Assembly (NCBI RefSeq): GCF_018977255.1
Contig: NW_024705319.1
Span: forward strand, 1 to 54,526
Direction: 5' to 3'
Length of the DNA stretch: 54,526 nt
From: Callorhinchus milii
Lineage: Eukaryota
Below, piece by piece: positions 40,501 to 54,284 of this stretch. The translations under genes were made by a program, and so were the position numbers. The notes beneath the pieces were generated by a model, which was not told the DNA's origin, did not search any database, and saw nothing but the letters and a program-made list of their open reading frames with translations. How positions within the stretch are numbered: the stretch's first letter is position 1; every line of letters starts with the position of its first letter.

Positions 40501-43500
40501 TTCGCCCATTTTCCCGTACTTTCTCCCATAGCTTCGAACACTCGCGTTCAGTTCGATTACCGGTAGCTAAGGATGACTCACGGACACACAAGAGTTGCGA
40601 ATTAGTTGCAGCTACTTGCGGTCCTGAAACGATCCCTGAGCGTCGTATCAAGTGGATATAACTGCCCGGAATGAACTATTCACCGCACGTGGGGCAATAT
40701 CCCCCCCAGGCTAATCCCGAGGGATGGGACGCTATCTTGGTCTAGCCAGAAGAACTAACGGTGTGGTGCTAGGGTGTATCCCGTATAGGGCCGCCAGGAA
40801 AAACAAGGTGACATGACCGTGTCTCATGGATCATACACCAGGCCGTAGTATGTGCGGATCTACCCTCTGAATGACAGACCAGATAAGACCGTGTTCGGCC
40901 CCATGGTTGCGAATACCAAGTACATTTCCTTCCCTCTGCCTAGTAGCAAATACTAATGTCTGGTGCTAAACCGTGTCCTAAACTCGGACCCCTCGACCCT
41001 TCCAAGCGGGGTCTGTACACCTAACTATTGTGGAAGCGGCTGTGGCGCAATCGTACCCCTTCTCAAGAACACGGCCAAGAATCGGCATATGCCCGTGAAA
41101 GCACGTCATACTTCCGAACACGGGCATTAGACCGGAGATAGCGGACCTGGAGGCAAAACCGTTAAAGGATTGCTAAAGAGCAGAGGCTTATCCCCAAAAG
41201 TTAAGCGCCTCCCGATTTGCGGTGGAGGAACAATCATAGCGGTTTTCTATCGCTGGGCTACTCGACTTATTTTTGTGAGTATCTAAGGGACACTGCTGCC
41301 CTGGTACGCAAACCTTACTCTTATGCCCATTCTATCTATGACGAAGTAATCTTTCAGGAGCCCTTCCGTCTCATTTATCACCTATGGATTACTAGTGGAT
41401 GGGAATTTGGCCCCGCTGGCAAGCAGCGACGGTGGATTCTCCCACGAGTTTGGGCACGGTGGTAACCTGGCAACACAATAACCTCATCTCACCAAATCGC
41501 ATCATCCTGGCCCGACCGGGAACTTGATTCTAACGTCTAACTAGCTGTTAGAATTTAATCGATTGGTGTGTCCCTATTCTGTCGTGCGAGCGTACCAATT
41601 ACAGTCGTGCGCGTGATGCGGGCCATGCGGCCGATGTTATACGCTCGACCCGAGTGTCTAAGTACAGCATTGCACGCCAATAGCGTTAGGCACTCCACTA
41701 AATCACACCAAGTTCTACAGCCCCGCAGATCTCCAGACGCCGAATACTAAACCCGCAACCACCACTTGTTTGGATTTGCCTTCCTGTGTAGATCTCCGCC
41801 ATACCCCGCAGGAGGCTGTGGCGAGTTATGGCCCTCCTGGAAATTTCCGAGCAACCGTCCAAGTGCACAGCCTTAGGAGGAAGGGGCCAAGTTTCATGTT
41901 CCAGCGCCATACGATGTCAAGGGCGCATGCTTTTCGTGTGGTAATGCAACATTTTCTTATCACTTGGTAGACGCTCGCTACCGGGGCTGTTAAGTGGGTG
42001 CTACGAAGTCTTGCCATAGCGGAGTTTCCACGAGAGCCTTTGGGGTCTAGCGGTCAACGCAGGAAATAGCGCCACTATCACTCTCCGCATCCCAGTCACC
42101 TGACTCATTTGGCCGACTGTCCATGTTGGCGCACCCAAATTTTATTCTCCTTGAGTCCGAAGCAATTTTTGTCCCACGTCTTGTATGACCGAGGGAGCAC
42201 AAGGTGCCGCGACCAAGCTTAACTTGAGGGGGGCCAAGCAGCCTCGATGGAACAGGCGCAAAGTCTGAGTGACCCTAAGGGGTAACGCGTCCGTGGAGGA
42301 CAAATAGGTATACTTCCGCGTCACATGTTAATGGCAGGTCTCCACTCCCTCTTATACCCAGTATGTGAGGGTGGTTAGCTGGATCTCAACTGCTCTAGGC
42401 GCGTTTTGGACACGCTTATTTGTAATTGAGTAACACAAAACATCAGGTCGATTTTGCTCAGGCTGACCTTTCCGTTTTATAAACACCACGGAAATACAGC
42501 AAGGAGTCCATCGCAAAGACTTATTGTCTTCTTCCTCGAGACCTATGAATGGCCGCAGAATCCAGAGACTTGCATTTCGGGCGGCCCAACCTCGATCCTC
42601 CAGTGTGCATAAGCTATGGACTGCTTCCTCTCCACATAGATAGTAGAGCCCAGCCACAGAGATCATTTTTGGGGTAATCCTACACTCGTCGGGTCTCTAA
42701 ATAGAGGTTAAATTTAAGGAATCTACCCGGCCGCTATGAAACCACTAGGTAACCGAGCAATCTACGTACTTTGTGAGGTTGGCAGAGTGCTAGTGGAATT
42801 GATAAGGTGATCTTCTTTCTGCATTGTTGAACAAATCGAAACTCACATGCTGACACAGACTCGCGTGAATAGCGCATACGGCTTGGGACATCACCGGGCA
42901 ATTAGTATTAGGCGCTGGTGGTGTCGCACAACTATGGCCGAACGAAGCTGAGGCCCGTTTGTAAGAGTACACCTGGTCCTTCGGGACATGATAGGTTAAC
43001 CGCTGTAGAGCCTAGTGAACAGGCTGGTTCAACAAGCCGGGGGATACACGAGACAAGCCCTGGGGAGGGGGAACACCCCGTCGACCATATATGGGTCATC
43101 TCATTTGTGATGTACTCTCCTCCGCCGCTGTCAACCATGACATCCTTACTTAATCATTATCTACTCAATCACACACCATGCGACCGCAAAACGTCGCTAT
43201 CTGCGCCGTCCTACGGCATTGACCATAAGCCTCACAGAGGTCCCCTGCTAGTCACGTAGTGCGCGCACCAGCAGTTATACTCATACCTACTCCCAGCGTC
43301 TACTCTTGAACATAAAGCAGTAAGCTGTACAAGCCCACATCGTGTCAGACTTACTCATGCGTTACATATAGAGGTGGTACGTAGGGTCAGATACCGATTA
43401 TCGTGTTGATTTAGAATGCTCTTGTGCTCTACCATCGCGCGAGGGATTTTACGGGGGCCGACCTCAGTTGAATTACAATGAGTTAAAATAAATTTCGAAA

Positions 43501-46500
43501 GACACAGATCGATGGAACCCAATAACAGCAGGTTGTAAAAGAAGTCCTGCGAGTTAACTTACAGACGTTCGCACGATAAAGGGTCTCTCGTTGGTAACCC
43601 TGTGACCGAAGGTTCAAAAGATAATGTATCATGTATGGTGAAAAGTAGTCAACTCACATTATCATACCACCATTTGCTAGATGGTAGCGACAACTGTGGG
43701 ACAGGGCAAACGCGGTGGCGCGCCGCTGTGCCACGAATGCGAGAATGGGAGGGACAGACGCAAGTTATAGCCCTGAGCTCTTGTCTCCCGATTAGGAATT
43801 TCAACACCCTCACGAATACCAACATCTAAATTGAATAGTAGCTAGAATAATACATTACCCGCTTGGAGGTTAGCTCTTTATGCCGACGTGAGTTTGTAGT
43901 ACCGCGCCTGCTGACCCGAGAGTCAATGACGTTAAATACCGTGCAGGAACGAAACGTGTGCCCCAGCGAGTAACGGCTGATGGGGTTAAACATAGGTAGG
44001 TTAACCTCGCCCAGTGAAGACCTTTGCGCTGCTCTATGCCCACCTGGGAAACTGCAGTTGACAATATAAATCGGTTTTACGTGAAAAAGGAACATTTTCC
44101 GGCGCGATGCAAAGTGCAAAAGCTTATCGCGCTTATTAAACACGCTCATCAGAGAATATCTTGTTGCACGGTTTGCTTCATAGCCATGCGGAGACGGTAA
44201 ATTCGGCGTGCATGATCAGCTCGGCGACGCTTGCTCACTACCCAGAGAGACGCCTGTCGGGAGACGGTCGAGGGATGCGCAGTAAGGTCATCGGGCGGAT
44301 ACATTCTCCGCCGCCTGTGGGATATGACGTAAACGCGCGTCCACAAATCCGTTAAAGGATAACCTTTAGGTGTGTAAGGTGTAATCCCAACCGGAGTGCC
44401 GGCTCCGATTAGATGAGGGGATGTCCTCTTCTTCGGTGTGTGCGACCCCTTGGTAGGATCGGGAAGAGCCGTTCATCTTAGCTCGTCAGGCGACGTTGAC
44501 TACATCAAAAATCATCCGCGTGGTACGAACAAATCGCTGACTCCACACTAGTTTAGGCACTACGGTGGCTCTGACATTATTCCATGCACAGAAACAGGTG
44601 GCACTCGTGGAGAGTGACCCGCTTAAAGAGCGTTTGTCTGTTTTGACATGAGACTTGCGGTGCCTGTATCTCTATCAAGAAAAATACACAAGCCGAATGA
44701 GGACGAGCTTCAGGAGCACAGCAAGAAACCTACCATATAGAGGAGTGCGAGTAACACAGCACAGGTAATACTCGTAAGGGTCAGACTGCCAGTTACACTG
44801 CCAGAAAGCTTTGACCTTATATGCACAGCACACATGTACTAAGCGAAGTGATAGATAAAGGGTAGTAAGCTCGTAGACTCGTCGGATCAAGGGGAGTGTA
44901 CGCGACATGATCAAACTTCTTCGTGCATGGTTGTCATTAGCGAAGCTATTGTCGCCTTGCTTGAGCATGACTTATAGAGGGACGCAGTGCGAGGGCACGT
45001 CTGAACCACTGAAGAGGTAGCGGCATGATGTTTCGCATAGATTTAAAAATCGTTCGCCTTTTGCCCCGTTAAATAGGGCGGGTTCAACTGGCCCGTCCAG
45101 GGTCTGCCACGCATTCGCCTACACAAGCTCGCACGAAAGAGCCTGCGTTGACAGCTGAGTCAGATTGCCCTTGACGATGATTATTTTCCATCCCTGGTAG
45201 AATTGAGAGATGAATCTAAGTAGGAGTATACATACCAGTTACACGCCAAAGGTCAGCTTGAAGTGGAGAAGTAGAATGTACCTCTATCCAATACTAATTT
45301 GGCTACACGTCATTCGCTCAACTCTGTCTGGATGCGTATTTCCGAACGCTCGTGCCACTTTGCATCCACTCATAAGATACCGAATTTGGCGTTGGGCAAT
45401 TTCTGTAACCGTCTCTGCAGGCCACGGACACAATTTAGCAAAGAAGGTTTGGTTGCAGCTATGAGGTACTAATTATAAGAGTTGGTCCCTGGGATCGTCT
45501 CAACCCGGCCCAATTTAGGGGGCACCAGCAAGACCACTCCAACACATCAGTCGGGGTTTGACGTACTGCGAGATGACAGGAACAGGATCGTCTATAGCAG
45601 TTAAGGTCCTCTAATCTTGTTTACAGTTAGAAAAACCAGACATGATATCCGCCATCACCGCTTCAAGTGAAAGGGCAGCATGTTTCGTACTGAAATGGCT
45701 TTCAGATATCTAACCTCGGCGACTCCATATAGTTGAGTCGATTTTGTCGTTTGACAGCGTCCTCGTCATGGTTTGGGAGGAACTTTATCACCGGGACACT
45801 ACTTAATCGGCCCGGTGTGGAGGGAGTCGTTTTAGCTATACTTACGCCGTCGGTCTAATTAGACACGGAGATCTAGTCCTTAGCCCTGCTAGAAGTTCCC
45901 CGGGTAGTTAAGTCGGGGGAATCATCACTGAGAGCTATTCATCTTTGTTGTACTAGAATCGTCAAGGCGTGTGATAGTCTGCAAACTTGTTCGTGGCCTT
46001 TGTAGCAACCGCTGGGGCAATACCTTAGTGCCCTGATAAGGGCATTCCGCTTCGTAGACATATCTCAAGGGTAGTGTCGGGGAAAGCTAGTTGGTCAGGC
46101 CCGAAGAAGCGAGATTGGTCATCGACAATATCCGATCCGTATAACTAAATAACGTTCCTTAAGATGATAGGCAAACGTGTTACGCCGACATCGAGTAAAT
46201 AAGGAGGTAAGGCTTGGGAGTCTGGAACTCTTCGAGTGCAATGAAGCGAGGCCACGAATTGGGTCCATCACAAGGGTCGCAGGTCGTGTCATTGTGCGAA
46301 ATACTAGATTCGTCTCCACTTTTAGTAAAGCTCCAAGAAACTAAGAGAGTCTTTTTGGAAACGGGTTCTTTTTTGACGGTCCAGCGTGAGCTAAACAACC
46401 TCCCTTATAGGTTTCCACAATACCCTGAACAGCACCAGAAGTTATCTGTAGGAACCCTGTCGAGCCTTCTTAACGTCGATATCGGGCGGGCAAACCTAAC

Positions 46501-49260
46501 TTTGGCTGGAGTGCTTACCCACACACAATCGAGCCGGTTCACAGTTGGCCTCCTGATCATAAATCATGGAACAAGAAAATACGGGGTTACGTAAGGCTTG
46601 ACAGGGCAGTAAAAATCAGTGTCATTAGTTCTATTCCTACCTTGCGGCGGGTCTCAGAAACAGCGGGCAGTCCCATCTCACACATGACCCCCCCCGTCCA
46701 AAGCCTTTGGAATCAATAATACTCTGTCTTGCTACCTAGACGCGAAACGCACTTGTTGCCATAGTCACCCTCCCGGAAGTCGGAGCAGTTACAGCTGCTG
46801 GCGAGTGGCTATACCGTCCGATAACGAAGAAAACAACGGTCTGCCGACAAGGGGGATCGAGGGCGTTACTTCACAGCCTCAGGGGCAGGGGTCGAGTCAT
46901 ATATTTGCCCCTGACGTAGTGTCACGGTGCTCCCTTCGAGACCATATGATCCAAGCAGCTGTCGCCTAGAGTCAGCATTACTCCGGCCTCCCGAAGCATT
47001 ACTGCCTGGATTAGAGGTTAGGGTAAAAACGTTTAATAATAGAGTGAAGATGTGGATCGACACCTCATAGAGGGTTGCGCCTCGGCTCGTGTTTCACGGT
47101 TCTCGTGGGACGCTTCAATAAGGCGCATCAGGGTCAGGCATACTGCGAAAAATTATACATATCTAAGATGCGAAGCACTGATATCATATCCCTACACTGG
47201 AGTACAAACGATATACATCGACTTTGCTTGATACACACAAGGTTTATATATGATAATTCTTCGGCATAGCCGTGCACGCACATTTCGTCCCACTCGCTAA
47301 ATGTCGTCGCCACATAATTTGACACGTCATGGGAACCTTCTCCATTACACCGGACGAGCAGCATGCCACCGAACGTCCCACCCAGAGGAAAGAAACCGCA
47401 AGGTGCTTGGCACTCTCTGCAGCCCGGCGAGGCTTGTGTCGTGAGGTCATATTGACGAGGCTGTTTCGGTAGGCGGTTGGGTCCCGTTGAGGGTGAGATT
47501 GTGTCTGGGTCTCATTTGCCGTTGATTGGGCGACTAGTGCGTATGTTGTAAACCAAGGGTCTGGAGCTCGCGAAGTACATTGGCTTCACCCGATTCCATG
47601 TGTCATCTGGATAAGGAGACTTTATGATGAATTGACCTTCACGTGTACATCTAACGAGAGGTACAAGTGTACGGTTCGTATCCGACATTTGGCAGTTACC
47701 GGGGCAAAAGTCCACGAGGCCACGGAGCCTATAATATCGGGGTCTTCTATTCCATCACGTCAACAGCCCCCCAGAGCCGAGCCTGACATCGCGGCGTCGT
47801 GTTGGCAAGCGGATCTTCGGTTCATTCTGGCGAACTATAAACTTAGCTGGGCTTACCGCGGTAGGGTAGTTCCGCATCGGGAACAATCTATTGAAAGACC
47901 TACCACTCCACTTTAATTCTTTATCAAGCCGCGTGGGGGCCAGAAGGAATACGATTGACTGTTTGAGTTACTACGTGTTGAGATCAGCACCAGAAAAATG
48001 CAATAGGTTATGGCCTGACTTTACTATGGGTCTATGGGGGAGGGGTATGAGCAACCCCGTAGACGATGACGATCTTCTTAGTGCCGGGCCCCGGTCATGA
48101 AACCCCGCTGTTGAAATACAATGGGTGCGTACCGGATCTTCTGCACAGCAAATATGCAATAAGCTAGCCCTCGTAGAAGCTAAAGCGGTACATTCCTTTG
48201 AGCGTAATGGGGGCCTACCTTTATCTCCGTGCGTCTCTCCCTGAGTATTAGTTCTTTAAACTCAAATCTAAGTCTCACGAAGCTCTTGAAAATTAGAGCA
48301 CAACTCATCCTGAGCATTCACCCCTCGATAAGGCTGAAAATAAATCCGATTTTGAAACGCATACTGTTCCAGCGGACTCTGATGTAGACGCCATCGCCGC
48401 GGACATTCAAATACTTTCTGACGCCCAACGGATAGCCGGTACATTCCTAACCCATAACCCCAGACGAACTACGGGTGAAACAGAGTCTATACGCGGGGAG
48501 GCGGACATTGTAAGTCCGGTGTTTGCGGCCTGAATGGTGGTAGGGCATGCCTATGACAAGTACGTCAGTTTACCGAATACGCGTCGGGGATCTTGCTACG
48601 AGTGAGCTACAGTGAAGGTATTCTTACAGCTCTAAGTAGGGCTGTGAGATCTCGCCTCCTTACAACAGAGCAACCTGGGCTGTCAACTCAGACAGTATCT
48701 GCGCCGGCATAAAGGACCTACAGAAGGCAACAGCACTATGATCTCTGGTACATCGGTTGAGTTACTGACTGAGGTACAGAACTTCAGGTACGACCTCAAA
48801 CGGCACGTTGAAACTCACGTTGGGGCAAAGACCTCCAGACCCCCGTCGTAGTGTCGGTCAGTACATGCCCAATTTCATCTATGCACCAGTAAGCCGAACC
48901 CACAATGTGCCGTTTAATATGGGCCAAGTTACACGGGCTAATACGTCATCTCAGGGCGGATCGTTAATGAGAACTAGAGAAAGGACCATATACCGTACTC
49001 CAAGAACTATGTTGGTACGCATATGTTCACACTTACCCATTGACCGTGCACGGAGGTGTCAAATATAAACCAACAGTAATTCGCCGTGTATTAGTGGTAG
49101 CCTGCATCTATCGTTATGGTGTTGCACATAATTGAGGTGACTTGAGTACGCCGAAAGGATTCGGAACTGTATCCGCGCAACTCACCGTTCGCGCAGTCAT
49201 CTTCACACGAGTATCCTAGGTAGCAGTCCAGTAAGCATATGGATTCGCAATAAACAGCGC
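13600..49260. other. ~35.6 kb featureless, random-like block (probably shuffled or synthetic; boundaries approximate)
   Basis: Near-equal base usage by eye, abundant CG and TA dinucleotides, no microsatellites or long AT tracts, none of the flank repeat families seen, longest ORF 174 aa with no recognisable domain. Confidence 0.8.
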
Positions 49261-49489
49261 CTCAGCCGCTGTATCAAGAGGTGACACATTAATGAACATT
49301 GTTGTCTGTAATTTCTGTACAGGTGTAAGGAAACCTTGGGATGTCAATGATATAGTTCTTTTTGTATCCTGTTTATTTACAGGGTGCAGCTGTGACACAG
49401 TGATTAGCGTGTTGCACTCTGAAACCTGGTGAGCTAAGTTTAATATCAGTGGCAAGTGATTTATGAACTGGTCCCGGGCCTCCCACTAC

Positions 49490-49575
49490 ACCAACCTGCA
49501 CTGACCAGTGTGGTGAAGTATGGTCAAACAACAGGGTAGAGAGGCCTGTATCCTACAGTGGAATGACATGCGGTT
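49490..49575 (+). mobile_element. SINE 3' fragment, same family as 10670-10755
   Basis: ACCAG..TGGTGAAGTATGGTCAAACAA shared with the 10.7 kb copy, followed by a degenerate GAGGCC...CAGTGGA tail. Confidence 0.65.
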
Positions 49576-51984
49576 GTAAATGTACAGTATATGATTATGA
49601 TTGACTATAATAAAGTCCAATTTAGTACTCTTAACTGTATTGATAGATTGTATTGGAATGTGTATTTATGAAATTCGCTTTCATAATAAACCACAGTACC
49701 TTACTGTATTTCAGCTATATTCAAGATTTGTAGTTTGCGAAGTCTCGACAGTACATACAGTATTTACTAAAGGACCCTAAAAATCTTGGTAATTATGGAC
49801 TGCATATGCAATTTGTATGATTAAAAATATATATTCCGTCGTACCCTTTAGCCATTTTTCAGTTAGCTGCTTCTCCACGCTCGTCTTTGTGGGTTGGTGA
49901 AGAGATCCAGGACGGGATCAGGTAATACTCGCCACTTATCTTGGCCATGACCAGATATAGATTGCAGGTGGCCAGGTATATATCGCAGTGTACTTCCCAA
50001 TTACCTACTGCTCCCTCATCGGCTTTAATAATTATTTGGTGCAAGCTGCATTGGCAGCGATGCACAAGCACAATTAACAAAAATTGACAAGTGTGTTAAT
50101 TTAACTCACTTTTATTATCATACAGGAAATAATGTCTGTTCAAATATCTCCCCAAAAAAGATATTTTGGCCTGTGAGATCGGACAGAACGAATTAAGAAG
50201 CTGTTTACACGTCCTTGGACATTTTAATGTGAATATAGTAAAAATCCAGATATTCATGGCAAACCAGATCCAGCAATCGGGAGTGGGGTTTATACAGCTC
50301 AGGGAAATCCCTCTTTTTCCTTGATCCTTGTGGCTACCACTGCACAAAAGGTTAAAGTTCAGCAATTCTTATTTTTGATCATAACTCCGACTGGGACATT
50401 TATGTGCTTTTAATCTGGAATTGTCAAAGATTTTGTTGAGGAGACACAAAATGATCACACCGTTAGTCTATTTTTATGTCTAATCCTCATACTTACTTGC
50501 TGGCCCTATTACGGAATGAGGGGCATAGTGGCACGGATTAATATGTTATAACATTAATTAAATTAAGCACTTTAATGACTTGTACTCTGTTACATATGTC
50601 TACACATTTACTGATATGTGTCGTGGTTCTATGGTGTTTGATGTTTAAAGCCATGCTGATTGTGTCAAAAAGAAAAAAAATATGCAAGAGCATGTGAAAT
50701 TGTTTATTAAAATACAGTCTTACAGATTTTAAACCCAGATGAAATAGCTATAGCTTCGGGCAGTGAAGCGGCGGATTCTAAAACAGTGGTAAACAATCAG
50801 TGTTCGCACCCAAGAATAATACAAGGACATACAATACTTTGTTTGGAACATGGCAGTGCATAGGTCATTGTACAAATAATACTGAGCTCAACCAATGTCT
50901 TACCTTGTTTTCCATTCTTCCAACTAGGTTCCTTTTTTGGTGATCTGTACATTGATGGAATGGATAAGGGTGGGTTAGGATAGCAATACAGGTTATGCGC
51001 ATGCCACAGTAAACCCGTTTTCGCTGAAAGCTGCGATTGATATGTGTACATCAGCAATATGTCCTGACATTTTTGTATATGATCAACTCGCCCTGAATGC
51101 ACCCAATGTTGTCAGATATTGAAAGCTTTTAGACTGCCAGTACAGCAATGGATTCAACATTCGAGTTGTTCCGAGTGTTATTCAATACTATTGGTCTGCT
51201 GATTTACTCTCACAAGCCAAATATTATTAAATAGAATTGATCAAATCTACCATTGCAGGATCATCCTCAATGAGTCTTTATAGGTAAAGGGCATTATTGC
51301 TTCCTCACAATTCTCTAAATGTTATGTTAATAGTTTGTGAAATCTTTAATTTGTATTAGTTTAGCTTATAACAATATAACTTGTATTATATTTCTTTCCT
51401 GAATGTATTTGTTCTTTTGCAATTCAAGATCGTATTTAGTAATAAAGTAAAATGATTTATTTTCTCAATCGTATGCCTGTCCAGCAAGGAAGAGTAGACC
51501 AAAGCACCCAATCGACGCGGTCTCTGCAGCTGCCTCGAGTGGAGGCCCTTCTGTCAACAGTGGCAGGAGAAAGACATTTCAGGCAACACCCTTCCCTTAA
51601 GTTACAGTTATTATTTCATCATTTAAAATATCTTATACATTAGTTAAATAAATTGGGATTTTTGTAGGACAGATTAGATAAAGGTTCTAAAAGTTCCTTA
51701 ATTCATCTCCAGGTGTTATACGAGGAAGTTAAACAACAATCCATCCCTGCTGATATTGCTTTTACAACAGGGATCAGACGCTCTGGGTCAATGGCAACTT
51801 ATATATAAATTGCAATATTACAAAATATTGCACCGTCATCTCGTCTTTAGCAACAATTTAAAGGCAATTAGGTGCATGGAACAGCTAATCAGGCCCAATG
51901 GGCGAGTAGGGTATATTGTATGTGTATATCCCACATCTACATATGTTTGTGTGCAGATGCTAGGTGGATTATAATTATTACATC

Positions 51985-52050
51985 ACGGGATCATGAGAGG
52001 TGGCGGAAATTTGGGGAGGCCTTCATCCAGCAGTGGATGGTGATGGCTAT
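51985..52050 (+). mobile_element. RTE-clade LINE extreme 3' fragment
   Basis: Encodes DHERWRKFGEAFIQQW, matching the C-terminal 'DR..W...GEAF.QQW' pattern of RTE ORFs. Confidence 0.65.
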
Positions 52051-53109
52051 TAACTGCAGTTCAGAGACTTCAGAAGCAGTTGAGAAGGCTTTTGGTAACG
52101 GTGCGATATACATTCACATACACAAACTGTTTATTAAAATCCAATGCATGGCATTTAGTTAGGTCTCAATGGTATATGATAATGGCTTTAGCTGAGTTAT
52201 ATGGTGGAAATCCATCGACTGGATAACATGCTTTAGGGACTGAAAAATATATTACTTTGGGGAGCCATGAATTTCAATTGACACCAAGAGTCAATCTCGA
52301 CTGATTCTCAACGATTTAGCAGATAATGGCCAGGATTTGTAGAAAATGGTTTGCTGGCAGAAAATGCGTGGCATTTTACATTCAAATTATTTGGTATTCT
52401 CACGTAAAAAGTACAGCAGACAGATCTAAAACATCGCAAGGGAGAGAGGGTGAAGCCACACCAATTAAAGATTTTTAAATAGTGCTTTACATTCTTAATA
52501 TAACACAAACAAGTTATAAAGTATTTTCTCTGGTAAGCATCAACGTAAAATTGGCGAGGGAACCATTGCTCGCATTCCTGTGATTAAGCACAACATCTTA
52601 AAGTCGTCTTTATATTATTACCTAAATTGTTTCAAGGGTAATTTTTTTCTAAATTACATGAAAGCCTTTCTTGAGCTTATAACAAGCAGTTGCTCCGTAT
52701 CCTGAGTTGTATAACCCCAGGTGTAATTAGCAGACAATTTGTACCATTATTTCCACATGAGCACCTGTGTTTAGTGGACTTAATTCCCTTACGTGCTGGC
52801 TAAATCTAAACTAAATGAAAGAGTAAAGCATTAATGCACATGAGTCATTATAGTTTGCTGCATCAATCCACATTACTCATTATGTGCATTTTAGCTTCAT
52901 TCGACACGACTGTTAACACGGGGTGAAAGCAGGTACTGTGACAGGTGCTCGGGTTCATGTAAGTAAGCTAATTAATGCATAATACAATTAATGGTACGTG
53001 TGTGTTGAACCTCTTTAGCCAACCGTGCTGATCGCAGGTGCAATCGTTTCACAATCCTCTATTCCAAATGCCATAACGCATAGGTGAAGAGTAAAAGTTG
53101 CATTGCTTA

Positions 53110-53337
53110 ATCTTGATTTGAAGCTTTCGTGACTGCAGGAATCCATACTCTTTAATTATTTCGATAAAGTCACGTAGGTATGATATAAAATGAATAAATC
53201 ACGACGTTTCGGGCACAACACAAGCGTCCAACCTCAGCAGCAGACCATGCTTCCCACCTGATGATGGACGCTGGTGTTGCGCCCGAAACGTCATGATTTA
53301 TTTTATACCTACGTGACTTTACCGAAATAACCAGAGT
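53110..53337. mobile_element. Palindromic Penelope-like element remnant carrying hammerhead ribozyme motifs
   Basis: Shares the CTTGA.TT.AAGCTTT.GTGACTGCAGG start and TTTCG.TAAAGTCACGTAG arms with 3244-3421; long imperfect inverted repeat; flanked by a 12-bp direct repeat TTGCATTGCTTA (53098-53109, 53338-53349). Confidence 0.75.
53253..53297 (+). ncRNA. Minimal type I hammerhead ribozyme-like motif
   Basis: CTGATGA (53258-53264), stem II (GGACGC/GCGCCC, imperfect), then GAAAC (53285-53289) and GTC triplet; helix I pairing is weak in this copy. Confidence 0.6.
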
Positions 53338-53705
53338 TTGCATTGCTTAGTTATCGTATGTTAACACACAAATGCAGATTTGCTCAACACCAGTATCTTC
53401 TATTGGAAATCTAATGAATCCAGGCTTATTTAATGAACCATATTAATATTGTGTAGATACATTGTAATGGTGAGCATGCAAGTGAGGTTCACTGTGAGAT
53501 GTAATGATCACACGTAGGCAATTCTAATGGCGAGTTAACTATTTTCATTTCTGGTTTTGTAAAATATACGACACGGAGTTGGGTGTTGTCCAGTTGATGA
53601 TGTGTTGGTTTGTTTCAGCAGCAAGGGATGCGACAAAAGCACAAAGCGTCAACCTCCCCTCGAGCGGGAATTAAAGAGTTATTGCTCATCACATTGTAAA
53701 GCAGT

Positions 53706-54000
53706 GTCATCATCCATGATCGAGCCACTGCTGCATTGAGGCCTCTTCAAGCCATCGAGTTGCCTGCACGTGAGGCGATTTTATTTCTGCATGTCTAAGT
53801 GGATGTCCTCTTGGCCATTTCCCTTTGCTGGCTACCAGTCCGTGGTTCATTTCGCGCTCGTCATTCCGGTGTTGTCGGGACGGCATCTGCCCAAGCGCAC
53901 GGTCTGGGTTGTGTATTTAACTCTGCGTAGACGCTCTGATCTCACTTTTACTGTGTCATGCCAAGCATGGATCTCCTCAAGCCTCTTATTACACTTTTCA
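53706..54000 (-). mobile_element. Degenerate RTE-clade LINE 3' end
   Basis: Minus-strand frames give WAD..., DW*P.KGKWPRGHP and WLEEASMQQW, followed by a GATGATGAC tail, resembling RTE 'WAGH...W.P...R.RGRP...EA..QQW' plus a microsatellite tail. Confidence 0.6.
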
Positions 54001-54284
54001 CTACATGCGGGTTTCCCAAGTCTTTGATATTTGTCATTCGAGGTAAAATACTTGACTGATTCCAAAAGCACAATGTCTAGCATTGATATATATAACAATA
54101 TACTTCTACATAATATTAAAATAAAACTACGTAAAATAGTTTGTTCATTAAGCAAAAAACAACAACCGCACAACGAATCACAATGAAATCGAATTAAATC
54201 GTTATATTTTTTTACTGAAGCCAATTTAACTGTTCTCAGGAATCCATGGACACTCGTGGGCTGCAGTTTTCAAAACATTCTCAC

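Noticed and set aside
48186-48448. 12-bp direct repeat CGGTACATTCCT about 250 bp apart
   Set aside because: Only two copies; about one such close pair is expected by chance in 36 kb.
13748-49068. All ORFs in the central block (e.g. 21213-21737, 29434-29910, 39839-40261)
   Set aside because: Lengths and Arg/Ser/Leu-rich composition are as expected from random sequence; no motifs, operon layout, strand bias or splice context.
13580-49260. Endogenous virus, Polinton/Maverick, prophage or bacterial contamination
   Set aside because: No long ORFs, no hallmark proteins, and no terminal repeats detected.
53770-54224. ORFs 53770-54027 and 53847-54224 as host genes
   Set aside because: They overlap a decayed RTE 3' end and AT-rich intron-like sequence.
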